Source of the DNA: Limisphaerales bacterium
Lineage (GTDB): Bacteria > Verrucomicrobiota > Verrucomicrobiia > Limisphaerales > JAYPEY01
Direction: 5' to 3'
DNA: 58,938 bases
NCBI GenBank assembly: GCA_047618185.1
Contig: JBLHKZ010000001.1
Location: forward strand, 1-58,938
The position numbers were made by a program, and so were the translations under genes. Positions within the stretch are counted from its first letter, which is position 1. Every line of letters begins with the position of its first letter. Under the pieces are notes generated by a model. That model was not told the origin of the DNA, made no database searches, and saw only the letters and a program-made list of their open reading frames with translations. Below, piece by piece: positions 26,199 to 35,751 of the stretch.

Positions 26199-28523
26199 TT
26201 ATTTGCGGCGATTTCCGGGGTCGGAAGGATCGTTTTTCTTCTTCTTTCTCGTGCCGCCCGGCAGGCCCTTTCTGCCGGAATTCCCGCCTTTGGGCGCGAG
26301 CGATTTGGGCGGATCAGGCGCGGGTTCCGTCGACGCCGAGACATCAATAACGCCGCCGGCAGCGTCCTTCTTGTCATCCTCACTCTTAACCAGCTTCGTC
26401 TGAATGATGCTCAAGATATTGTTCACGGTCCAATACAGGGTCAACCCGGAGGAATACCCGTAGAGGATGAACATGAACATGATGGGCATGTACTTGAAGA
26501 TCTTCTGCTGAGTCTGGTCCATCGTCGGCGACTGAGGCGTCAGCCGCATCTGGTAGATCATGGAGATGCTCATGAGAATGGGCATCGGATTGACGGGGAA
26601 GCCCACGCCCGGAATGCCCAGAAAAGGAATCCAACCCAGTCCCGGGATCATAAAGATGGTGTCCGGACTCGAAAGGTCGCAGGCCCAGAGAAACGAGGCT
26701 CCGCGAAGCTCGATCGCGGTCTTGATCATCATGAAAAACCCGATGAAAAACGGAATCTGAACCAGCATCGGCAGACAGCTGGCCAGCGGGTTGAGCTTCT
26801 TCTCCCGCATGAACTCCATCGTCTTGACCTGACCCTTCTTCGGGTCGTCCTTGTATTTCTCCTGAATCTTCTTCATCTCCGGCTGAAGCTTGGCCATGCG
26901 CTTCATGGAGCGCGTGCTGGACCGGGTGAGCGGCCAGAAGATGAGCTTAATGATGACCGTGATGCCCACGATGCAAAGGCCGTAGGGCAGGCCCATATTA
27001 TGCAGCGCGGTCATCGAGAGCAGCAGCAGCTTGGAGAACATGCCGAAAAAGCCGTTCAGGTTCATGACCTTGTCGAGGTCGTTGCCCTGCTCCTCCGCGA
27101 GCTTGGACAAGGTGTAGTATTCCTTCGGCCCGGCGAAGAAATTGAAGGACAGCGAATTGGTCTGGTTGGGCTCCAGGATTACCGGGCTATACGTGAAAGA
27201 CGCCTGAAATCCCTTCGAACTCTCCCGGATCAACTTCCCGCCAAAGGCCGCTTCGAGCAGGATGCGATTGAAGCGCGCGCGCTCCTCGCCGACCGGCTTG
27301 CGTTCGGCCAACATGCGGGTCTCTCCCGCGTTGGCGACATTCGCAAAGAAATAGCTGTCCGCCTCGTAAAGATTGGCGGTGTGAAGCAGCGCATTGAAAT
27401 CCGCGATGACGCCGTGCTCCAACTCCCTGGACGGCTCGGACCGGCCGTCGTAATTCCGGACCAGCTCCTGGGTCGCCCGCGACATCAGCTCGAACAAGGT
27501 CTTCGAGAAGAATGGTTTGGTCTGATCGGTCAATTGAAAGATCACGGCATTCAGTCCGACGAAATCCTCACGCGTAAACTCCCACATCGATCGGCGGATC
27601 CGGCTCTCCTCGGCGGTGAGTTCGCGCACTTTCGGCGTGGCGACGCTCGCCAGCACATACTGTCGGGGTTGCGTCGCGGGCACGGCCGCGATGGCGAAAA
27701 ACTGACTGTAGACGGCCGCCCATTTGAATTCCGGATCGGAAACGGTGAAGTAGTGCTTGGGGTTGTTTCCGAAGCAGCCCAGCGTCTTGTTCGCGAAATA
27801 GGACAGCTCGGTCTTCTTGGCCTTGGTGCCATTGGACCAAAGCCCGCCTTGAAAATGGGTATCCTCGCTCGGGCTGGTCGCCGAGGCGGTGCCGATGACG
27901 ACTTCCTGCTCCGGGATCGCGATGGGCGCATCGGTCGTGTTTTCGAATCGTATTTCCGTGGCGAGCAGATAATTGGTGGGGCTCAACCGGAACTCCTTGA
28001 CGATGCGCAAGCCGCTGCTCAGGAGTTTCTCGGCCACGACCATGCCGTTGGTCTTGCGCAATGTGTACTCATTGTTGCCCTCGATCGCGGGCGATCCGCG
28101 AATCGTCAGAATCGGCAGCGGAGCGTTTGTGTTGAGCGTGGCAAAATGGGTGTCGCCCTTTTCCTCCGCCTCGGTGGAACAGGCGATCGCGGGGAAATCC
28201 CTCAACCCGATCTCCCTGATGCCGCCGCCGTGCGAGGTGAACGTGTAGATCGCCTTCTCGGTCTCCAGCGTCACAAATTTCTCCGGACCGCGAACCGGCT
28301 CGGAGACAGCCGACGCTGGAACAGCGGCGGAGTTGGCGGTCGGCGCGACGACGGCGTTGGTTGGCTGACTGGCAGTCGCCGGGTTCCTGGCGCTCGCGGT
28401 GGACACCTGGTTCGTCGCCTGCGCCGGCACGGGCTTCGGGGGCCAGATGGTGTTCGAGATCCTCTTCCAGCTGAACAGCAGGAAAAAGCAGACAAGGAGG
28501 ATGAAAAAGGAATTGCGGTCCAT
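26199..28523 (-). CDS. yidC: Membrane protein insertase YidC (long form, extended basic C-tail)
   Basis: ATG at 28523 ([14 protein letters not shown]). Conserved core: GLCIVGITVIIKLIFWPL...MKKIQEKYKDDPKK...NPLASCLPMLVQIPFF. 774 aa. Confidence 0.93.
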   Translation of the reverse strand: MDRNSFFILLVCFFLLFSWKRISNTIWPPKPVPAQATNQVSTASARNPATASQPTNAVVAPTANSAAVPASAVSEPVRGPEKFVTLETEKAIYTFTSHGGGIREIGLRDFPAIACSTEAEEKGDTHFATLNTNAPLPILTIRGSPAIEGNNEYTLRKTNGMVVAEKLLSSGLRIVKEFRLSPTNYLLATEIRFENTTDAPIAIPEQEVVIGTASATSPSEDTHFQGGLWSNGTKAKKTELSYFANKTLGCFGNNPKHYFTVSDPEFKWAAVYSQFFAIAAVPATQPRQYVLASVATPKVRELTAEESRIRRSMWEFTREDFVGLNAVIFQLTDQTKPFFSKTLFELMSRATQELVRNYDGRSEPSRELEHGVIADFNALLHTANLYEADSYFFANVANAGETRMLAERKPVGEERARFNRILLEAAFGGKLIRESSKGFQASFTYSPVILEPNQTNSLSFNFFAGPKEYYTLSKLAEEQGNDLDKVMNLNGFFGMFSKLLLLSMTALHNMGLPYGLCIVGITVIIKLIFWPLTRSSTRSMKRMAKLQPEMKKIQEKYKDDPKKGQVKTMEFMREKKLNPLASCLPMLVQIPFFIGFFMMIKTAIELRGASFLWACDLSSPDTIFMIPGLGWIPFLGIPGVGFPVNPMPILMSISMIYQMRLTPQSPTMDQTQQKIFKYMPIMFMFILYGYSSGLTLYWTVNNILSIIQTKLVKSEDDKKDAAGGVIDVSASTEPAPDPPKSLAPKGGNSGRKGLPGGTRKKKKNDPSDPGNRRK

Positions 28524-28915
28524 CAATCGAACGGTTGAGAGTAATTCAGAGTTAAGAGCGGAAAGTTGAGAACCGCATCGTTGGAGAAAGCGTTTGGAAG
28601 CATGGCGCGCAATTCGCATTCACCGCGGTCATCGCGCTTCCGACCCTCCTCTTTCAACTCACTTTTTCTCTCAACATTTTTGGGAACGGGATCGGGGCCC
28701 CAGGCGCCCCAGGGATTGCATCGAAGCAAACGGCGAAATCCCAGCCAGGTCCCCTTGATCGCGCCATGAGTCCGAATCGCCTCCAGCGCGTATTGCGAGC
28801 AGGTGGGCGTGAAGCGACACTTGGCCGCGGCGCCGAACAGCGCGCTTTTAAGCGGCGACAGGAACAGCTGGTAGCCCCGAATCAGCCGGGACAGGATCCA
28901 TTGCAAGGGATTCAT
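28523..28915 (-). CDS. yidD: Membrane protein insertion efficiency factor YidD with C-terminal extension
   Basis: YQLFLSPL...[29 protein letters not shown]. Its stop overlaps the yidC ATG by 1 nt, and its start overlaps the rnpA stop as ATGA. Confidence 0.85.
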   Translation of the reverse strand: MNPLQWILSRLIRGYQLFLSPLKSALFGAAAKCRFTPTCSQYALEAIRTHGAIKGTWLGFRRLLRCNPWGAWGPDPVPKNVERKSELKEEGRKRDDRGECELRAMLPNAFSNDAVLNFPLLTLNYSQPFD

Positions 28916-29289
28916 GGGGCGGGGTTGAGGAGCTTGGCGCGCTTGAGGACGTTGAGATAATCGGCTTCCACGTCAGTGTATTTCAAATTGGCAATCGAGC
29001 GGCGCGCGATCAGGACGATATCCACGGGACACCGAAGATCTTGCCGGTTCAGGCGGAACACTTCACGCAAGAGCCGCCTCGCTCGCGAGCGAACCACCGA
29101 TCCGCCGACTTTTCGACTGGTAATGACACCCAGTCGAGAAACGGACTCGGGTGGCAATTCGATCCAATTGGCGATCAGACATCCTCGTACGATACGATTT
29201 CCGTGTTGTTTGATTCGGGCAAATTCCGAGCTGCGCTTCAGGCGCATGGCATCGGAAAACTTGAGCGGCCTGGACGCTGGAGCGGTCAT
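28912..29289 (-). CDS. rnpA: Ribonuclease P protein component
   Basis: 125 aa with [19 protein letters not shown], positioned between rpmH and yidD. Confidence 0.85.
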   Translation of the reverse strand: MTAPASRPLKFSDAMRLKRSSEFARIKQHGNRIVRGCLIANWIELPPESVSRLGVITSRKVGGSVVRSRARRLLREVFRLNRQDLRCPVDIVLIARRSIANLKYTDVEADYLNVLKRAKLLNPAP

Positions 29290-29304
29290 TCAGCCGCTGT
29301 CCAA

Positions 29305-29442
29305 TCAAACGGGTGTGAGACGCCTGCGGCCCTTGCGGCGACGGCGGGCGATAATGTCCCGACCTTGCCGGGTCGAGTTGCGCTTGAGAAAACCATGCTG
29401 CCGAACGCGGCTGATTTTCGATGGTTGATATGTACGTTTCAT
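29305..29442 (-). CDS. rpmH: 50S ribosomal protein L34
   Basis: Not in the ORF track because it is under 60 aa. Hand translation gives [45 protein letters not shown] (45 aa). Confidence 0.92.
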   Translation of the reverse strand: MKRTYQPSKISRVRQHGFLKRNSTRQGRDIIARRRRKGRRRLTPV

Positions 29443-29646
29443 AATTCTTTAAATCTGATTGTCAGTTTTTCTCCGTCTGCCGGTCCGGTTCAGCCGTTGT
29501 TTGCGGGACCCAGGAAAAATCGAAGGCGAGAGAATATCAGCGAAAAAGGGGGTGTCAAGCGCAGCGCTGCGTGAATTTCGCGCCTGAAAAATCGCGCCTC
29601 AACCGGGATCTCGCGACTCAGGCGGACGCGGCTGGCCCCGATTGCT

Positions 29647-30729
29647 CTACGGCGCGGAATCGCCCTCCGTCCCCGGAGCGGCAACGGGAGTCGGGGCGGG
29701 TTCGGGTTTGGGCGCCGGAGGAAAAACCACGCGAACTCCGCGGGCGGCAAGCGTATTGACGTTTACCCGATCCTCGGAATCGGCCGCAATCTGTAGCTGG
29801 GTGCCCATAAGGGAAAGCCTCCTGAGCTTGGGCAAGGTCATCAGCGGCGTGATATCCCTGACCGGATTGCCGTCGAGATACAGACTGTTCAATCCGCCCA
29901 TCTGCCCCAGCGGAGTCACGTCGCCGATCTGATTGTGATTGAGATAGAGGGCATTGACGTTTTCAAAAACGGTCAACGAGGCCGCGTTGCCGATGGCGTT
30001 ATTCGACAACACCAGCTTCTCCAACGTCCCCGCAAGCGGCGCCAATGCATTCGCGTCGCGCACGCCGCAATTGATCAGCGTCAACTCGCGAAGATTCTTG
30101 AGATTGGCCAGGGGCGCCAGATTGCCGATCTGAAGGGAATTCAGATACAACGTGTTCAAATTGGTCAGTCCGCCAAGCCAACCGAAATCCGTAATCGGGC
30201 TCGACTGGTCCTTGATGCCCGTGCCGCCGTGAAAATACAAATCGCGCAGCAGGGTCAGATTCGTCAGCGCGTTGACGTTGGTCAGACTGTTGTCGGACAG
30301 CTGTAGTCGGGTAAGGTAGACAGCGCCCTCCAGGCCGATCAGGCTGTTGGCCCGCGTACGGCCCTTGGTCTTCGAATTGATCTCCAGCACGCGCAATGCC
30401 TCGAGATCCTTCTCCTTCAATGGCCCGCCGGACTTGCGGATCTTTCTGCGAATGGCCCGATCGACCGCCGGGTCCTTGATGAGGCCGTCCAACTCCGTGA
30501 TCTTCGTCTTTTTCTTGAACCAGCTGATCTTGGAGACCTTGCCGCCCGTGATGACGACCTCGCCTTTCTTGAAATAGAGGATCTTGGAACTGCCCTTGTT
30601 GTACTCGCCGATGTAGTCCGGGGTTTTGCTGCGGGCTTTATCTTCGGGGTCGCCGACCTTGATTTGAGCGAAAGCGCTGGTGGAGAGGAGGAGGCACGAG
30701 CCAAGGATCGCCGTAAAAAGTGATTTCAT
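29647..30729 (-). CDS. Secreted leucine-rich-repeat (internalin-like) protein
   Basis: A signal peptide is followed by about 8 LRR units of roughly 22 aa (LTNLNTLYLNSLQIGNLAPLANLKNLRELTLINCGV...) and a Pro-rich C-terminus. Confidence 0.8.
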   Translation of the reverse strand: MKSLFTAILGSCLLLSTSAFAQIKVGDPEDKARSKTPDYIGEYNKGSSKILYFKKGEVVITGGKVSKISWFKKKTKITELDGLIKDPAVDRAIRRKIRKSGGPLKEKDLEALRVLEINSKTKGRTRANSLIGLEGAVYLTRLQLSDNSLTNVNALTNLTLLRDLYFHGGTGIKDQSSPITDFGWLGGLTNLNTLYLNSLQIGNLAPLANLKNLRELTLINCGVRDANALAPLAGTLEKLVLSNNAIGNAASLTVFENVNALYLNHNQIGDVTPLGQMGGLNSLYLDGNPVRDITPLMTLPKLRRLSLMGTQLQIAADSEDRVNVNTLAARGVRVVFPPAPKPEPAPTPVAAPGTEGDSAP

Positions 30730-30890
30730 CGCAGGAACTGGCTATCAGTTTAAAACCGCCAAAAGTCGAAATCCTTGATAGCCAATCGCTATCGCACGTT
30801 CAAGGCGAATCTTGCACAGAACCCGCGCCGGGCGTCCGATTAACGGTGGGTGGCCCATTTGAGCTGGAGAGACCAGCGACGATACAATCT

Positions 30891-31119
30891 CCGGGCTGAA
30901 AGCCCGGGTCTACACGGTAGCCAAGCACAATACCGCCCCCCGCGCCGAGTTGGGGGTGTGAACCCGGCTGAAGTCCTCACCCCGGGTCACATCCAAAGAG
31001 TGGTGCAGGCGGCTTTCGATCAGCCGATACTTTCGCTTGAGCCCCAACATCCCCCTGGCCTCCAGCTGATCCGGGCCCAGATTGCTGATCAGATAAAGTG
31101 GCGGCGGGATGTTCCGCAA
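30891..31119 (-). mobile_element. 3'-terminal stub of an ISAs1/IS4-like DDE transposase gene (degenerate)
   Basis: LYLISNLGPDQLEARGMLGLKRKYRLIESRLHHSLDVTRGEDFSRV matches the conserved C-terminal YYISSL...HW.IEN.LHW.LDVTF.ED.SR block of that family. No N-terminal part exists. A 7-bp stem hairpin (30891..30907) sits at the stop codon. Confidence 0.55.
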
Positions 31120-31220
31120 AAAAGACTCAGTCTTTCGGCCTCAAGGCCGTGGCTGCTTTGAAAGGCGCGACCTACGGCCGCTGCGGATCGGAAGCCGGCA
31201 AGTGGAAACCCCAAGGGAAT

Positions 31221-31279
31221 GGGACACCGAGGACGACGTCTGTCTCCTTTGTTTAGAAGGATGCCGTCCTCGGTGTCCC
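31221..31279. repeat. GGGACRCCGAGGACG hairpin repeat, copy 1
   Basis: gggacaccgaggacg (31221..31235) is the exact reverse complement of 31265..31279, with a 29-nt loop. Confidence 0.8.
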
Positions 31280-31348
31280 CTTCTTCCAGCAATCTTGTAT
31301 TCAAAACAAACTTGTCATCTCGCGTGAATTCTCGACCGTTGGTGGTTC

Positions 31349-32317
31349 ATGGACATTCTCATCACGGAAGCTTTTGACGATCCGGCGGTCGACCGCCTCG
31401 ACGATAACCACAACGTTGTTTGCGCGCCGGGCGTCTTCAACGAGCCGGACAAATTGCGCGAACTGATCGGCGACGCGCGCGCGATAATCGTTCGCAATCA
31501 AACCCAACTCACCGCCGAGGTTCTTGCCGCCGCGACGAATCTTATCGGCATCGGACGCATGGGCGTCGGGCTCGACAATATCGACGTTAAGACAGCCTCG
31601 GAGCTGGGCATTGTCGTCGTCGCGCCGCTCGACGCAAACGCCACCAGCGTCGCGGAGGTCAGCCTCGGGTTGATGCTCGGTCTGGCCCGGAAGATTCCCA
31701 TGGCCGATCGCACGACCAAGGCGGGCGGCTGGGATCGCAAGGGCTGCACCGGCGTCGAGCTGGCGGAAAAGACGCTCGCGATTTGCGGCTTCGGGCGAGT
31801 GGGACGCAAAGTCGCGCGCTACGCCCGTGCATTCGGCATGAGCGTCGTGGTGTCCGACCCGTTTGTGGAGGCCGACTCGCCGGCGTTGGCGGAAGTCGAG
31901 GGCAAACTTTGCGCAACGGTTGAAGAGGCGCTCGCTGCGGCGGACTACATCAGCGCGCATTCGCCGCTGACTCCCGAAACCAAACAGATGTTCAACGCCG
32001 ACCGCTTCGCCGCCATGAAACCCGGCGCCTTTTTTCTCAACACCTCGCGCGGCGGCATCGTCGATGAGGCCGCGCTCGTTGCGGCATTGAAGAGCGGCCA
32101 CTTGGGCGGCGCGGCGCTCGACGTTCGGGAGAAGGAGCCGCCGGGCGAGCCGTCCGAACTCGAGGCGATGGACAATGTCATCCTCATGCCTCACGTCGGG
32201 GGCTGGACCGCCGAAGCGTTGAGCCGCACACACTCCGCAGTCGCTGGCGACATCGAATCGCTGCTCGCGGGCGGCGCGGCGAAGAACTTCGTGAATTTCG
32301 AAAAGCCGAATCGATAG
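31349..32317 (+). CDS. D-isomer-specific 2-hydroxyacid dehydrogenase (phosphoglycerate dehydrogenase-like)
   Basis: Rossmann motif GFGRVGRKVA, plus HSPLTPETKQMFN and NTSRGGIVDEAAL..AL..G.LGGAALDV. Confidence 0.88.
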   Translation: MDILITEAFDDPAVDRLDDNHNVVCAPGVFNEPDKLRELIGDARAIIVRNQTQLTAEVLAAATNLIGIGRMGVGLDNIDVKTASELGIVVVAPLDANATSVAEVSLGLMLGLARKIPMADRTTKAGGWDRKGCTGVELAEKTLAICGFGRVGRKVARYARAFGMSVVVSDPFVEADSPALAEVEGKLCATVEEALAAADYISAHSPLTPETKQMFNADRFAAMKPGAFFLNTSRGGIVDEAALVAALKSGHLGGAALDVREKEPPGEPSELEAMDNVILMPHVGGWTAEALSRTHSAVAGDIESLLAGGAAKNFVNFEKPNR

Positions 32318-32374
32318 GCGACTTAAAATTTGCGCCTTTCCCATCCGCGTCTATCCGTGTTCATCTTTGGTCAA

Positions 32375-33817
32375 ATGAATCGAAATCTTCGCTCCTTGCT
32401 CGCCGGTCTCCTGATCCTTTGCGCGTCGTTCAGCCTGACCGCGCAAAACGCCGCCAAACCCAAACTGTTTCGCGCCGGCGCCGCGACCAGCAATATCACG
32501 CCGCCACTTGGAGGCGGCATTGTGGGCAACTGGATCTCTCCCCCGGCGACGCAGGTTCATGACGAGCTTCACGCGCGCTGCCTCGTACTCGACGACGGCG
32601 CGACCCGCATTGCAATCGTGCTGGTCGACAGCGTCGGCGTCACCCGGCCTGTGTTCGACCACGCCAAGAGCCGCCTTGCGAAGGAAGCCAGGCTGCCCGC
32701 CTCACACGTGCTCATGGCCGCGACGCACAGTCATTCCTCGGTCAGCGCCCGCGGCCAGGATCGTTTCGAATACAACTCGGTTCTCGACGACTACCAGAGA
32801 TTCCTCGCCTCGCGAATCGTCGACGGCGTGAAGCGCGCCATAAACAATCTCGAACCGGCGCGCGTTGGCTGGGGCGTCGGCCACGAACCGGCGCATGTGT
32901 CGAATCGACGTTGGTTCATGAAGGAGGGCTTCGATATTTCGAATCCCTTCGGCGGCAAGGATCAGGTGCGCATGAACCCGCCGCGCAACAAGATGCTGCA
33001 CAAGCCCGCCGGCCCCATCGATCCGCAAGTGCCTGTCTTGTCCGTGCAGTCGAAGGCCGGCCGGCCGATCGCGATCCTGGCGAACTACTCGCTGCACTAC
33101 GTCGGCGGCGTGCCCAAGGGTCATTTGTCCGCGGACTATTTCGGTATGTTTGCCGATCGCATCCAACAGCTCGTCGGCGCTGACCGGCAGGATCCGCCCT
33201 TTGTCGGGATCATGTCCAACGGAACCAGCGCCGACATCAACAACATCGATTTCACCGGCAAGCGGCCGCGGCGCAAGGCCTACGAACAGATGCGCATCGT
33301 CGCCAACGATCTCGCGGCGGAAGCGTTCAAGGTCTATCAGAAGATCGAGCATCGCGACTGGGTCCCGCTAAAGGCCGCGGCGAAGGAGCTGGAGTTGAAG
33401 GTCCGCCGCCCCACGCCGGAATTGATCGAGCGCGCCCATCGCATCCTCGCCAGTCCCAAGGCGCAGAATCCCAACACAACCGACAAGGAAGTCGTCTACG
33501 CGAAACGCGCATTGAAATTGGAGAAGTTCGAGCCCACCACGGAGGTGTTCATTCAGACGTTCCGAGTCGGCGAGCTGGGCATCGCGGCCATGCCCTTCGA
33601 GGTCTTCGCGGAGATCGGGCTGGACATCAAGGAGCAGAGCCCCTTTCAGCCCTCCTTCACGATCGAATTGGCCAATGGGACCTTCGGCTATCTCCCGACG
33701 CCCGCGCAGCACAAACTGGGCGGTTACGAAACCTGGCTGGGCACCTGTTGGGTGGAATACCAGGCCTCGGAGAAAATCACGAAGACGGTTCTGGATTTGT
33801 TCCGTTCCTTGAAATAG
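32375..33817 (+). CDS. Secreted neutral/alkaline ceramidase-N-terminal-like hydrolase
   Basis: ATG at 32375 with a signal peptide. Motifs are GAATSNITPPLGGGIVGNW, VHDELHARCLVLDDG and ATHSHS. Confidence 0.7.
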   Translation: MNRNLRSLLAGLLILCASFSLTAQNAAKPKLFRAGAATSNITPPLGGGIVGNWISPPATQVHDELHARCLVLDDGATRIAIVLVDSVGVTRPVFDHAKSRLAKEARLPASHVLMAATHSHSSVSARGQDRFEYNSVLDDYQRFLASRIVDGVKRAINNLEPARVGWGVGHEPAHVSNRRWFMKEGFDISNPFGGKDQVRMNPPRNKMLHKPAGPIDPQVPVLSVQSKAGRPIAILANYSLHYVGGVPKGHLSADYFGMFADRIQQLVGADRQDPPFVGIMSNGTSADINNIDFTGKRPRRKAYEQMRIVANDLAAEAFKVYQKIEHRDWVPLKAAAKELELKVRRPTPELIERAHRILASPKAQNPNTTDKEVVYAKRALKLEKFEPTTEVFIQTFRVGELGIAAMPFEVFAEIGLDIKEQSPFQPSFTIELANGTFGYLPTPAQHKLGGYETWLGTCWVEYQASEKITKTVLDLFRSLK

Positions 33818-34112
33818 GGCGGACCGAACAAACCCATGTCGTCCGGTCAACCGGGATGAACAAGAGTCGAACACTGACGCTGTCCGGAACGGGGCTCTTT
33901 CTACTGTCGCTTTTTCTCCCAGCCTACGAGGACAGCGTCGGATTTCGTTGCGCATTGTTTTGCGCAGTGGTCATCCAGGACGGCATCGAACCAGGCCCAG
34001 TTTACTATTTCGCCTAGATCAGTTCGATGGCTCTGCTTTTGATGGCGACGTGGACAACTCGAAGGAAACCGGCGGCCGTTCGAGAGGAGCCAACGGCGGC
34101 ACAATCGCCCGT

Positions 34113-34595
34113 CTAGTCACGGAGAATTTTTGGCGACACGAGAAACTTCAGCCCTCCGCTCAAACGGTCCGCCGTCTCGACGCAGGCGAGTCCGCCCTTT
34201 GAGAGCCCGAACGCATGAGGCTGCTCCATGCCCAGCATCACACCGACGCGCTCGCCGAGCTTGGGCGCATGTCCGACCAGCAGGATGTGATCGAGCGGCG
34301 GCAGGCTGTTGAGCCATTGTTGAAAATCTTCCTGTGACGCTTCGTTGCGCAAGGCGTCTGAGGGCGTGACGGGAAGACTCGCGCCGGCGTTCGTCAGTTT
34401 AGTGACATCCTCGGCCGTTTCGATCGCGCGAATAAGCGGGCTCGAATAAGCGGCGTCAAACGTCACGCCAGCGCCAACCAGAAAGCTCCCCAACCGCCCG
34501 GCCTCCTCATGGCCGCCGGGCGTCAATCGACGCTCTTCGTCCGGACTTCCGTCAAAGGGCGTCGTGTGTCGCAGAAAATAGAGGTTCCTAGCCAA
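34113..34595 (-). CDS. Histidine phosphatase family protein (SixA-like)
   Basis: TTG start. Motifs are LYFLRHTT (RH catalytic motif), LTPGGHEEA, YSSPLIRAIETAE and LLVGHAP. Confidence 0.78.
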   Translation of the reverse strand: MARNLYFLRHTTPFDGSPDEERRLTPGGHEEAGRLGSFLVGAGVTFDAAYSSPLIRAIETAEDVTKLTNAGASLPVTPSDALRNEASQEDFQQWLNSLPPLDHILLVGHAPKLGERVGVMLGMEQPHAFGLSKGGLACVETADRLSGGLKFLVSPKILRD

Positions 34596-34701
34596 TGATC
34601 ATTGCGCCGGCGGCGGCGAAACTCAAGCCGCGGGCCAGCGCTCCTTGCAATGTTCGAACCCTATTTTGACGCGGGCCGCCAAAGCGACTACAACCTGCCG
34701 C

Positions 34702-35634
34702 ATGCGGGAATCCTCCACGTCGCAATTTGGTTTTGCCGCCATGCTGGTCGGCGCCGTCGGCATCGCGTTCGCGCCGAACTTCGTGCGCTCCTGCGTCGCG
34801 AATTACGAAATTGGCACGAGCGCCACCGCCTTCTACCGGGTGTTCTTCGCGCTGCCCGTCTTGTGGCTTTGGAGCGCCATGGAACAACGAGGCCCCAACC
34901 CTCCGCGCCGCCCATCGACGCCTCGGGAGAAACGCCTGCTGCTGATCGCCGGAATCTTCTTCGCGCTCGACATGGCCTTCTGGCACTGGTCGATCAAGCT
35001 GACCACCGTTGCCAACTCGACCCTGCTCGCCAATTTCGCGCCAATCGTCGTCACGCTGGGAGCCTGGATGATCCTGAAGGAAAAGATCACCGGGACATTT
35101 GTGCTGGCGATGGTCATCGCCCTGGCGGGCGCCTCGATGCTAGCCGGCTCAAGTTTGCAGCTCACGCCCAAACATCTGATCGGCGACGGACTCGCGATTG
35201 TCACCGCGCTGTTTTACGGAAGCTACCAGCTCACCGTGAAGCTGCTTCGCAGCTCTTTTTCGCCGGCGACGATCATGTCCTGGTCTGGTGTCTCGGCGGG
35301 CGCGGCGTTGTTGGTCATCGCGCTGCTCTCCGGAGATTCGATGCTGCCCAACGCGGCCGGCGGCTGGTGGATGCTGCTGGCGCTGGCGCTGATCAGTCAC
35401 GTCGCCGGACAGGGATTGATCGCCTACGCCTTCGGCCATCTGCCCGCGTCCTTTGGCTCCCTGAGCCTGTTGTTGCAGCCAATGCTTGCCGCGCTTATCG
35501 CCTGGGCCTGGTTCAGCGAGAAACCCGGGCCGTTGCAGGCGGCGGGCGGACTCGTAATGCTTACCGGGCTTTTCATCGCCACGCGAAATCGGCCGGCGGA
35601 AGAGCGCCGGACCTCCACCGAGGATCCCCAATAA
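34702..35634 (+). CDS. DMT-superfamily (EamA-type) transporter
   Basis: ATG at 34702 gives about 10 TM with two EamA-like halves. The ORF-track start is TTG at 34645. Confidence 0.82.
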   Translation: MRESSTSQFGFAAMLVGAVGIAFAPNFVRSCVANYEIGTSATAFYRVFFALPVLWLWSAMEQRGPNPPRRPSTPREKRLLLIAGIFFALDMAFWHWSIKLTTVANSTLLANFAPIVVTLGAWMILKEKITGTFVLAMVIALAGASMLAGSSLQLTPKHLIGDGLAIVTALFYGSYQLTVKLLRSSFSPATIMSWSGVSAGAALLVIALLSGDSMLPNAAGGWWMLLALALISHVAGQGLIAYAFGHLPASFGSLSLLLQPMLAALIAWAWFSEKPGPLQAAGGLVMLTGLFIATRNRPAEERRTSTEDPQ

Positions 35635-35751
35635 GCGCGCCGAACGGCTGGACTTACAATGCTCCGGACGTATTGTAATTGAATGAATTCGAGGCGCGGC
35701 AATACTGCGAACTCGAAACGAAGCGCTAAAAATCTTTAAATCACTGACATC

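Noticed and set aside
26187-28538. A 783-aa plus-strand ORF.
   Set aside because: It is antisense to yidC, which sits in a conserved, translationally coupled operon. The product is Arg/Gly/Leu-rich with no motifs.
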